Sequence record: NC_042046.1
From: Escherichia phage C119
Direction: 5' to 3' (one strand)
DNA: 47,319 nt
Below the pieces are notes generated by a model. The model worked only from the letters and a program-made list of their open reading frames with translations, had not been told where the DNA came from and did no database searches. Below, piece after piece: positions 26,747 through 34,467 of this stretch. Positions within the stretch are counted from its first letter, which is position 1; every line of letters starts with the position of its first letter. The position numbers and the translations under genes were made by a program.

Positions 26747-28690
26747 ATGGAAAACCGATTGAAAACAATACAAAAACAGATTGAAGAATTGGGCGAAGAT
26801 AAGATTAAAGAGATTCAAACTAAATTCACCTCTTCTAACTGTATGGTTCCGTATAGCTATCAGTGTGTTATGTACAATGAGATTGCAAAGCGCATTAGTC
26901 GCTATGAGCATCCATTTATCGCAATGGCTTCAGTTTCTGCTGGTAAGACTCTGGTTTTTGGTATGGTTGCTAAGCGTTGCTCTGAGCTTGGCTTGCCTAT
27001 GCTTGTTCTTGCTCGTCAGGCAGAGCTGGTTAGCCAGAATGCTTCTGAGATTTCTGATTACGGGGTTCCTAACTCCATTTATTGCTCTGGGCTTGGAATA
27101 AAATCATCTTATTTCCCTGTGGTGGTTGGCTCTGAGGGCACAGTAGTTGGCGGGCTTAAGAAGTCACTTGGCGATTTCTGTCCTGCGGTAGTTGCTATTG
27201 ATGAGTGTCACCATATTGATGACCAGGACATAGCGGAGGCAATTGATAACAATGAGACTGCGCAACAGGCATCAGATAAGGGGCGTAGCCAGTATACGGT
27301 CATCATCCTGACTTTAATGGAGCGCTGCCGTGCTAAGTATGGCAAGAATCTTCGTATCTTTGGACTGACTGGTTCTCCTTTCCGTGGAACTACGCCAATA
27401 GTTGTTGAAAACAAAAAGGAGTTGGGATTTTGGCGTGAGACGGTCACAAATATCGATACAAACTACCTGGTAGAGTTCGGTTCCGTGGTTCCGACAAACT
27501 TTGGTGCTACTGATGGCGTTGGTTACGACCTGTCAGAGTTTGATGCATCATCTGAAGATGGTGTTCAGGATTACACTAAAGCCCAGCTTGAAGCCATGGA
27601 TAAAAAGATTCAGGCATCTGGAACAATGACAGCGGAGATAATGAAGAAAGTATGGCTTGCCGCGAAAGACAGGAATGGAGTTCTGGTAACATGCGCAGGT
27701 GAGCGCCATTGCCACGAAGCCGCAAGTTACCTTCCTGAAGGTGAAAAGTTCTGCATTATAACTGGAAAGACTGGCGAGAAGCAGCGCAAGGAGTTGCTTG
27801 ATAAGTGCTTTAGCGGGGAGATTAAATATTGCTTTCAGGTTCAGGCGCTAACCACTGGCGTAAATGTGCCTACATGGGATACAAGCGTTATTCTGCGTAA
27901 GATCGGTAGCCTTACGCTCCTGGTTCAGCTACTTGGTCGAGGAATGCGTAAGCTTAAGAAGCTCCATGAAGATAAAGGAATGGTAAAGAATGACCATTTG
28001 GTACTGGACTTCGCAGGAACGATGGACTCTATGGCATCATTGTACTTCAATCCAATTCTTGAGCAGGCTCAATATCAGCTACGAAAGAGTAATGGCAAGG
28101 AGACTAAGCAGTGTCCAGTATGCGGAACAGAGAACAGCTTCTTTGCTCGACGTTGCATGCATATTGATGAGAATAATAATCGCTGCGAATATTTCTGGGT
28201 TAGTCGCACATGTGAAGACCAGAAAGACCCACGAACCGGAAAGGTTATCGTTAAAGGCTGTGGAGTTCAGAATGACGTTGCAGCTAAGATTTGTAGGGGT
28301 TGCGATTGCACTTTGCTTGATCCAAATCTCAACTTAAGCGGCAAACATTACCGCAAGAACGACTGGTTTGATGTTGTTGACTTTAAGGTTGGGCTAACAA
28401 AGAACCAATCAGGAATCATCTACAACTACATCCTTGATGATGGCATGGGTGGGACATTCAAAGCTCATGAGGTTTTCTTTGTAGAGTCTGGCCATCGAGT
28501 ATGTAAAACGCTCTGGTTGAACAATGGAATTAAAGGTCACGTAGTCGACATGAACGCTAAGCGATATATGGCTGCATATCGCAATGCTCGCAAGATTATG
28601 GAGTATGCGCAGTACATCCATGCCCCTAAGAGGGTAACTCACCGCAAGACCGCTAAAGGTGGCGATAATATTGCTAATAAGGAGTTCTAA
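26747..28690 (+). CDS. Superfamily 2 (DEAD/DEAH-type) helicase with C-terminal Cys-rich zinc-ribbon region
   Basis: Walker A SAGKTLVFG, DEAH-like VAIDECHHID, C-terminal CPVCGT...RRCMH...CRGCDC; ATG 26747 (ORF track begins at 26687). Confidence 0.75.
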   Translation: MENRLKTIQKQIEELGEDKIKEIQTKFTSSNCMVPYSYQCVMYNEIAKRISRYEHPFIAMASVSAGKTLVFGMVAKRCSELGLPMLVLARQAELVSQNASEISDYGVPNSIYCSGLGIKSSYFPVVVGSEGTVVGGLKKSLGDFCPAVVAIDECHHIDDQDIAEAIDNNETAQQASDKGRSQYTVIILTLMERCRAKYGKNLRIFGLTGSPFRGTTPIVVENKKELGFWRETVTNIDTNYLVEFGSVVPTNFGATDGVGYDLSEFDASSEDGVQDYTKAQLEAMDKKIQASGTMTAEIMKKVWLAAKDRNGVLVTCAGERHCHEAASYLPEGEKFCIITGKTGEKQRKELLDKCFSGEIKYCFQVQALTTGVNVPTWDTSVILRKIGSLTLLVQLLGRGMRKLKKLHEDKGMVKNDHLVLDFAGTMDSMASLYFNPILEQAQYQLRKSNGKETKQCPVCGTENSFFARRCMHIDENNNRCEYFWVSRTCEDQKDPRTGKVIVKGCGVQNDVAAKICRGCDCTLLDPNLNLSGKHYRKNDWFDVVDFKVGLTKNQSGIIYNYILDDGMGGTFKAHEVFFVESGHRVCKTLWLNNGIKGHVVDMNAKRYMAAYRNARKIMEYAQYIHAPKRVTHRKTAKGGDNIANKEF

Positions 28691-29079
28691 TGGTTAAGGT
28701 TTTTCACGACAAAACAAGCACGGACAAGGCTAAAGAGGTTGTTCACCAAATAAATTCAATAGCTTGGGTTCGCCACAACCATCCAGAGATATTTGCTTTT
28801 CACGTGAAGAATGAAGGTCTCAAGTCTATCGGCACAGCAATGAAGGACAAGCAGGAGGGAGTAATTAAGGGTGTATCAGATATTCTACTGATTGGACCAA
28901 ATGGCTTTGCCGCAATAGAGCTTAAGCGAGCAATAAAATCAGATAGCAAGGTTTCAAAGGAGCAAAAGGAGTTCCTGGAAAAGGTATCAGAAACAGGAGG
29001 TTACGCAGCAATCTGTTATGGGTTTGAAATGTTTAAGTTGGCAATTACAGATTATCTATCAAATAGCACGAATTGCTAA
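28690..29079 (+). CDS. VRR-NUC domain nuclease
   Basis: Motif DILLIGPNGFAAIELKRA...KEQKEFLEKV is the PD-(D/E)XK variant typical of VRR-NUC; TAATG overlap with helicase; stop lies inside the cassette motif. Confidence 0.65.
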   Translation: MVKVFHDKTSTDKAKEVVHQINSIAWVRHNHPEIFAFHVKNEGLKSIGTAMKDKQEGVIKGVSDILLIGPNGFAAIELKRAIKSDSKVSKEQKEFLEKVSETGGYAAICYGFEMFKLAITDYLSNSTNC

Positions 29080-29137
29080 AGAGATTTCGCAAGGATGCGA
29101 TATAGTTACTTCATCGAAACGAAGAGAGAGAAACAAA
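29061..29137 (+). promoter_or_regulatory. Conserved gene-boundary cassette (reference copy)
   Basis: aaatagcacgaattgctaaa - 12 nt - ggatgcgatatagttacttcatcgaaacgaagagagag then ATG; dyad TAGCA/TGCTA; -10-like TATAGT. Confidence 0.6.
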
Positions 29138-29332
29138 ATGACTACTATCTACACTGAAAAGCTGTACAAGTCACGCAAAACTGGTTATGAATATGAATTA
29201 GCAATCACCCCTGAGGGTTATATTCTTGATGATGGAGACGGTTACTCATTCGAAGTTAGCCCAACATACAAAGATGATTTAGAGACTGTTAAAAACGCAT
29301 TCGGCGAAAAATTTGATGAGGTGTCAGAATAA
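29138..29332 (+). CDS. Hypothetical protein (64 aa)
   Basis: First ATG after the cassette leader. Confidence 0.6.
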   Translation: MTTIYTEKLYKSRKTGYEYELAITPEGYILDDGDGYSFEVSPTYKDDLETVKNAFGEKFDEVSE

Positions 29333-29550
29333 TGAAATTAACCTTTGATAAGCAATGGGAACTCTTTCAGGCAATGGTGGCGCAGGAGTTGAGTAAAGCT
29401 GGATATAAAAATGATGTTTGGGATTTAGCTTGGTGTCTTGATTATAGTTTCGAAGAGGATTATCTGAACACTGATATCGAAACATGGCGCGACCGAATGA
29501 TTGCTGATATCGAAGAAATGAAGAAAGATTGCCCGGAGGATTTTTCATGA
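29332..29550 (+). CDS. Hypothetical protein (72 aa, acidic)
   Basis: ATG 29332 coupled to the upstream stop; GAGG RBS. Confidence 0.55.
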   Translation: MKLTFDKQWELFQAMVAQELSKAGYKNDVWDLAWCLDYSFEEDYLNTDIETWRDRMIADIEEMKKDCPEDFS

Positions 29551-29747
29551 TTACTGCGACTTGCGTAATGACGAACGGCTCATTCACCCTGCTCAATGAG
29601 TATGAATTCAAACTTGACCCGATTAATGACCAGGTTGAAATAGTTAGCGATGACGGATTTGCATGGAAGTTACATAATGAATTTGATGGGTACTACGGGT
29701 GTAATGATGCGAAAGGTAAGCATGTAAGTTTTCTTGTTTATGAGTAA
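29547..29747 (+). CDS. Hypothetical protein (66 aa)
   Basis: ATG 29547 after GGAGG; overlaps upstream stop. Confidence 0.5.
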   Translation: MITATCVMTNGSFTLLNEYEFKLDPINDQVEIVSDDGFAWKLHNEFDGYYGCNDAKGKHVSFLVYE

Positions 29748-29821
29748 ATAGCACTTTTTGTTAAAACTAAAATACAAGGATGGATTATATTAATTACATC
29801 AGCAAATGAGAGGGTTAAGAG

Positions 29822-29947
29822 ATGAAAATTATAGACAAAGAGATGTTCGAGATTGCGCAGTCTTTCGCAAATGACGCAGTTAAGACTGGATCTGAATATT
29901 GCTGGATTTGCGCTCGAGAAGCTTTAAAAATGGCTTACGGCCTATGA
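29822..29947 (+). CDS. Hypothetical small protein (41 aa, CxxC)
   Basis: ATG 29822 after cassette copy at 29746-29766 and leader catcagcaaatgagaggg; contains CWIC; ATGA overlap with the next ORF. Confidence 0.4.
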   Translation: MKIIDKEMFEIAQSFANDAVKTGSEYCWICAREALKMAYGL

Positions 29948-30183
29948 TAGTTGAAACCGGACGCGCCGCTGTATGGGCGCATTGTGGAGAGGCGGGATTG
30001 CAGGATGACATCAAGATGATAGGTAAATACTTTGATATTGATGACATATCTGTAGTTTTCAATGGGAAGTTTAGTTATATGAACCAGCGGCCACGCAAGT
30101 ATGTAAGAGTTCCAGCAACGCCTAGCCTCGCAATGTATCGTGAGGAAGGTAAGAAGATATTTAAGAAAGGTGCGAAGAAATGA
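29944..30183 (+). CDS. Hypothetical protein (79 aa)
   Basis: In-frame ATG 29944 of the 29899 ORF, coupled to the preceding small ORF. Confidence 0.45.
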   Translation: MIVETGRAAVWAHCGEAGLQDDIKMIGKYFDIDDISVVFNGKFSYMNQRPRKYVRVPATPSLAMYREEGKKIFKKGAKK

Positions 30184-30437
30184 ATTTACCTGGTCTGGAT
30201 TTTGATGAGAGTAAGTATCAGGTTGTGTTTTTTGGTGAGAAGCCTTATCGGAAGATTCCTTTCTCTGAGTGGATTCCTCCGGACTACCTCGATGTACTGG
30301 TGCAAATTGAGATTGGTAAGGCTGAGTTGATGTACTACTCACCTGGCTGCAATATGATGATGCCTAGTGAGTATTCTCCAGCAATTGCTGCGCTTGAAAC
30401 TGAGTTTCTTGATTACTGGCTAAAAGAAGTTAAATAG
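30180..30437 (+). CDS. Hypothetical protein (85 aa)
   Basis: ATGA-coupled ORF; stop followed directly by a cassette motif. Confidence 0.5.
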   Translation: MNLPGLDFDESKYQVVFFGEKPYRKIPFSEWIPPDYLDVLVQIEIGKAELMYYSPGCNMMMPSEYSPAIAALETEFLDYWLKEVK

Positions 30438-30505
30438 CACTTTTTGTTAAAACACATCGCCATGGATGGCGTATAGTGTGTTCATCGAAACGAGAGACGA
30501 TTCAG

Positions 30506-30574
30506 ATGAAAACATTACTACCGTTGATGGCTATGCCATTAACCTTTATAATCATGTACTTCATAATCTGCTAA
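30506..30574 (+). CDS. Possible 22-aa hydrophobic micropeptide (MKTLLPLMAMPLTFIIMYFIIC)
   Basis: First ATG after the cassette leader ttcatcgaaacgagagacgattcag, the position other cassette-driven genes occupy. Confidence 0.3.
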   Translation: MKTLLPLMAMPLTFIIMYFIIC

Positions 30575-30588
30575 CAGGAAATTAAATA

Positions 30589-31725
30589 ATGTCTATAGCT
30601 AAAATCACCAACGAAGAGTTAAAGCAAGAACTGGCTAACGGTATGACTAACAAGGCAATCGCAGAGAAGTACGGTATGAATATTCGTAACGTAGAGCTGC
30701 GTCGCAGCAAGTTGGCTAAGGCTGGGGATGGTCACGGTCGCGATGTGAGTAACCTAATTCCTCAGGGCTACATGGTTAAAGGTGTATCTAGCCTTGTTGA
30801 TAATGATGGCAATGTGAAGTTGCAATGGGTTAAGTCCTCTATTGATGCAGAGAAGCTTGAGGAGATGATGAATCAAGCGCGAGAGGCATTCTCTAGCGAG
30901 CTACCAAAAGAAAAAGCAGTTAAATCTGAAGGTCTGAATTTTGATGAAGATACTTTAGCTATGTATCCAGTATTTGACCTTCACATTGGCGCAATGGCCC
31001 ACAAGCATGAGTGCGGAGAAAACTACGACACAGCAACGGCAGAGAAAGTAATGAACGATTATTTTGACTACGCCGTACAGAAATCTCCAAATTCAAAGAA
31101 TGCTGTACTAGTGCTAGGAGGTGATCTGCTTCATTATGATTCTTTGGAAGCCAAAACTCCAGCCAGTGGTCACATCCTGGACAGTGACAGTCGCTACGCC
31201 AAGATTGTTTATGTTTGCATTCGAGCGGTTCGCCGCGCAATTCGAAACATGCTTAGCAAACATGAAAACGTAGAGGTTAAAGTTATATCTGGTAATCATG
31301 ATGAAAGTGGTATGGTTTGGTTGCGGGCTGCGCTTGCTGCATTTTATGAGGAAGAGCCACGCGTTAGTATTGATGTTAGTCCCGCGGCAATGATGGTAAC
31401 TAAGTTTGGTTCTACAATGCTTGGTTTCACTCACGGGCATCAAATGCGTAAAGCTGATACTCGCCTTTCGGTTATGGCTACTGACTGGCGACGTGACTTT
31501 GGTTTAAGTGATTATGTATACACCCACTCAGGCCACTGGCATTCACAGAAGATTACAGAGACAAATCTTGGTATTGATGAGGTTCATGGTCAGCTTGGTT
31601 CACCAGATGCATATAGTGCGAATGGCGGGTGGCGCTCACAAAGGCAGGCTGCGGTAATCATATATCATAAAGAGTTTGGTGAGGTTGGTCGTTTTATCTG
31701 TCGCCCAGAAATGTTTAATAAATAG
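30589..31725 (+). CDS. Calcineurin-like metallophosphoesterase with N-terminal HTH-like segment
   Basis: Phosphoesterase motifs DLHIG, GGDLLHYD, GNHDE, GH.H (FTHGHQ); N-terminal EELKQELANGMTNKAIAEKYGMNIRNVELRRSKL resembles an HTH. Confidence 0.6.
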   Translation: MSIAKITNEELKQELANGMTNKAIAEKYGMNIRNVELRRSKLAKAGDGHGRDVSNLIPQGYMVKGVSSLVDNDGNVKLQWVKSSIDAEKLEEMMNQAREAFSSELPKEKAVKSEGLNFDEDTLAMYPVFDLHIGAMAHKHECGENYDTATAEKVMNDYFDYAVQKSPNSKNAVLVLGGDLLHYDSLEAKTPASGHILDSDSRYAKIVYVCIRAVRRAIRNMLSKHENVEVKVISGNHDESGMVWLRAALAAFYEEEPRVSIDVSPAAMMVTKFGSTMLGFTHGHQMRKADTRLSVMATDWRRDFGLSDYVYTHSGHWHSQKITETNLGIDEVHGQLGSPDAYSANGGWRSQRQAAVIIYHKEFGEVGRFICRPEMFNK

Positions 31726-31743
31726 CACAAATAGTCAAGAAAC

Positions 31744-31770
31744 TACCCGCGAAAGCGGGTGTTTTTGTTT
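31744..31770 (+). terminator. Hairpin plus T-tract upstream of HNH copy 3
   Basis: acccgcgaaagcgggt followed by gtttttgttt. Confidence 0.55.
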
Positions 31771-31790
31771 CACACAACTGAGGAGGTAAT

Positions 31791-32282
31791 ATGAATTGGA
31801 ATGATTTTCTCGAATATAGAGATGGAAAGCTTTACTGGACAGATCCACACTCAACAAAATTTAAGCCAGGGGATGAGGCTGGATGTAGGCATCATAGGGG
31901 TTATCATTATATAAGGAGATATAAAACCACGATGTCAAGGCATAGGATAGTATGGACAATGTTTAATGGAGAGATACCGGAAGGCATGGAGATTGATCAC
32001 ATAGACCATGACGTTGAGAATGATCGGATTGAAAACCTAAGAATGGTTACAAGGAGGCAGAACAATCAAAACAAAAAGCTAGATGAAAGAAATACTAGCG
32101 GACATGTTGGGGTTAGTTGGAACAAGAAGGCAAACAAATGGAGAGCAATGATAGGTATAAAGGGTAATGACGGGAAGCGGAAAACGGTATATGTTTATTA
32201 TGGTGACTCTTTCGACGACGCGGTATTGGCAAGGAAGAAAGCTGAATCTGAATACTCATTTCATGAAAATCACGGAAAATAG
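31791..32282 (+). CDS. HNH homing endonuclease with AP2-like domain (copy 3)
   Basis: NGEIPEGMEIDHIDHDVENDRIENLRMVTRRQNNQNK and SGHVGVSWNKKANKWRAMI; GAGGAGG RBS; stop TAG is the TAG of a cassette motif. Confidence 0.8.
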   Translation: MNWNDFLEYRDGKLYWTDPHSTKFKPGDEAGCRHHRGYHYIRRYKTTMSRHRIVWTMFNGEIPEGMEIDHIDHDVENDRIENLRMVTRRQNNQNKKLDERNTSGHVGVSWNKKANKWRAMIGIKGNDGKRKTVYVYYGDSFDDAVLARKKAESEYSFHENHGK

Positions 32283-32355
32283 CACGAATTGCTAAAACAC
32301 AAATCAAAAGATGGGGTATATTTACTCCATCAAAACAAAACGAGAGGATACAAAG

Positions 32356-32541
32356 ATGGCTAAGTTCACACAATCAGATGCACAGATTGAAGTTAAAGAT
32401 GTTGGTTTTGGTAAGACATTTCGGATTGCACAGGCTTACGGAACTAGCGAAGAAGATGTAAAGGTTGACACTATTAACCTTACTGCTAAGAATGCACGTG
32501 AGATCGCTTATGCAATCCTTGCGGCACTTGGAGAGCGTTAA
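32356..32541 (+). CDS. Hypothetical protein (61 aa)
   Basis: ATG 32356 after a complete cassette (32277-32355). Confidence 0.55.
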   Translation: MAKFTQSDAQIEVKDVGFGKTFRIAQAYGTSEEDVKVDTINLTAKNAREIAYAILAALGER

Positions 32542-32729
32542 TGTTGCAAACAATTAAAGCTGATATGGTAAAGGTGGGTGATGAGGTTTTGTTCTCAAAT
32601 TGCCAACGGCAAAAAGTTAAGGCCACAAGCCTTGAGTATTACCCTAGCTGTACGTTCGTAATGATTAAGACCATGGGCGGTAACTGCTTCCCAATTAATG
32701 TAAACACACTTATTTGCGTAAACCGTTAA
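32541..32729 (+). CDS. Hypothetical protein (62 aa)
   Basis: TAATG-coupled ORF. Confidence 0.5.
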   Translation: MLQTIKADMVKVGDEVLFSNCQRQKVKATSLEYYPSCTFVMIKTMGGNCFPINVNTLICVNR

Positions 32730-32741
32730 GAGATTATCAAA

Positions 32742-32915
32742 ATGACTAAATTATTCTGCGTTAGCAACAAATCAAAATCACTGCCTTTCACTGTAAACAA
32801 CCCTTACAGTGGTGAGTACCAGGGGGATGGTAATTACAAGATTTATGGAGATGACATGACTTGGATCTTCACCCCGATTGATGGAGAATTGGTGGAATTC
32901 ATTATCGCAGACTAA
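32742..32915 (+). CDS. Hypothetical protein (57 aa)
   Basis: ATG 32742; strong terminator follows at 32941-32970. Confidence 0.45.
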   Translation: MTKLFCVSNKSKSLPFTVNNPYSGEYQGDGNYKIYGDDMTWIFTPIDGELVEFIIAD

Positions 32916-32940
32916 CTTATAAGAAACATCAACTTGAAAA

Positions 32941-32970
32941 CAGGCGGCCTTTAAGGCTGCCTTTTTTTCG
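32941..32970 (+). terminator. Rho-independent terminator before the lysis cassette
   Basis: aggcggcctttaaggctgcct hairpin followed by T7. Confidence 0.75.
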
Positions 32971-33030
32971 TTTATGTCAAAGTTTAATATCTGGTATTAT
33001 TTAATCAAATCAACTTAAAGAGGCCGCAAC

Positions 33031-33246
33031 ATGAAGCATTTCTATGACGCAGCCGCCTTATCCGGTAGCGGAGTAGCTATGGGCGGCGGTTTATCTGACA
33101 ACACAATCATCGGCATTATCGGCTTAGTTATCGCCGTATGCTTTGGTATTTTTGGCGCATGGCTGCGATGGCGTGACAGTAAGGCGCTCCATAAAGCACT
33201 TGAGGATGGTGACATTCGAGAGGCAATGAGAATCAGGAGTAAATGA
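33031..33246 (+). CDS. Holin
   Basis: 71 aa, single hydrophobic TM segment IIGIIGLVIAVCFGIFGAWL, charged C-terminus, immediately upstream of the endolysin; AAGAGG RBS. Confidence 0.7.
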   Translation: MKHFYDAAALSGSGVAMGGGLSDNTIIGIIGLVIAVCFGIFGAWLRWRDSKALHKALEDGDIREAMRIRSK

Positions 33247-33728
33247 TGAGCTTCAAGAATAAGGTCATTGGTTCGGCTGTGGCTGGAGCCATGGCATTAG
33301 CTATTCCGTTCCTGAATGAGCATGAAGGAGTTAAGTACAGGCCTTACAGAGATATTGCTGGAGTGTGGACTGTTTGCCAGGGAATCACTGGTCCTGATGT
33401 TATTCTCGGTAAAAAGTACACCCAGAGAGAATGCGATGCACTCCTGATGAAGCACCTTTCAATTCATAGAGCTGCTGTAGATAAAGCGCTGAAGGTTAAT
33501 GTTCCAGTTAGCACCAGGGCGGCGCTGTACAGTTTTTCATTCAATGTTGGAACCAGTGCAATGCGCAATTCAACTGCTATAAGGCGCATAAATCGTGGTG
33601 ATATCAGGGGAGGATGCGAGGCGTTATCTATGTGGAATAAAATCAGCGTTGGTGGTAAGAAAGTTGTTAGCAAAGGCCTGGTTAACAGGCGTAACGCGGA
33701 GATTAAGCTATGCGTCTCGGAATTGTAG
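33243..33728 (+). CDS. Endolysin (phage lysozyme family)
   Basis: Motif NEHEGVKYRPYRDIAGVWTVCQGITG matches the catalytic E...D...T region of phage lysozymes; sits between holin and spanin. Confidence 0.75.
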   Translation: MMSFKNKVIGSAVAGAMALAIPFLNEHEGVKYRPYRDIAGVWTVCQGITGPDVILGKKYTQRECDALLMKHLSIHRAAVDKALKVNVPVSTRAALYSFSFNVGTSAMRNSTAIRRINRGDIRGGCEALSMWNKISVGGKKVVSKGLVNRRNAEIKLCVSEL

Positions 33729-34114
33729 TTCTGGTAATTGCATCACTGACTGGCTGCTCTGCTATGTCAGCCATTTCTGATTTCTTACCAGCAAAGGATG
33801 GCGTCGAGGCAACGGCGCAGGTTGGCGAGTCAAACCAGAAAACTGGCGTTGGATTATCCAGCCAGACAGACAAATCTAGCTCAACAGAGAGCGATATGCG
33901 CAACTCAACTAACAGAGATGTAGATTCATCAAGCCATAAAAAGACTGCTGCTACGGGTCTCTCAGCTAACACAATAACAGCTGAAAAGATTGAAATTCAT
34001 AGCACTGAAAACTCTGGGGTTGACTCTTTAGTCTGGGGTATTCTGGCTGGATTAGTTTCAGGTTTGCTAACTTACTTCGCTTTAAGATTCGCAGGAAACA
34101 AAAAAGGAGCCTAA
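33710..34114 (+). CDS. Unimolecular spanin (u-spanin-like)
   Basis: N-terminal lipoprotein signal MRLGIVVLVIASLTGCSA plus C-terminal TM helix LVWGILAGLVSGLLTYFAL in one polypeptide, the arrangement described for T1 gp11. Confidence 0.65.
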   Translation: MRLGIVVLVIASLTGCSAMSAISDFLPAKDGVEATAQVGESNQKTGVGLSSQTDKSSSTESDMRNSTNRDVDSSSHKKTAATGLSANTITAEKIEIHSTENSGVDSLVWGILAGLVSGLLTYFALRFAGNKKGA

Positions 34115-34130
34115 TGGCTCCTTTATTTTA
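34100..34130. terminator. Bidirectional terminator between convergent spanin (+) and minus-strand operon
   Basis: aggagcctaatggctcct hairpin flanked by A-tract and T-tract. Confidence 0.7.
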
Positions 34131-34463
34131 CGCGAACAGTTGGTCGTCTGTCATTTCTTTTATGGTCATCATCTCATTGGTGTACTTATCACTCTCACCT
34201 CCGAGGCACCTAAAGCTAAAACCGAATGGTCGCTTCGTGCTTCCTTTGCTCCAGTAACTGCCATTAACTCCATCGATGTAACCTTCAGTCATGCATCTTG
34301 CCAGAAACTCCTTTGACGCAGATGATGCAAAGTAACGCGCATTAACTCCAGCTGCCTTAGCCATTCTTTCACATTCTTTGTGGCGGTAAATGAATACCGC
34401 CAGGTGCTGCCTGTTAAACTTTTCGTAGCTCTCGCAGAACTTGAACACATCAAGGATGAACAT
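34128..34463 (-). CDS. Hypothetical protein (111 aa)
   Basis: Minus-strand ORF coupled downstream of the 529-aa gene. Confidence 0.5.
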   Translation of the reverse strand: MFILDVFKFCESYEKFNRQHLAVFIYRHKECERMAKAAGVNARYFASSASKEFLARCMTEGYIDGVNGSYWSKGSTKRPFGFSFRCLGGESDKYTNEMMTIKEMTDDQLFA

Positions 34464-34467
34464 TTAA

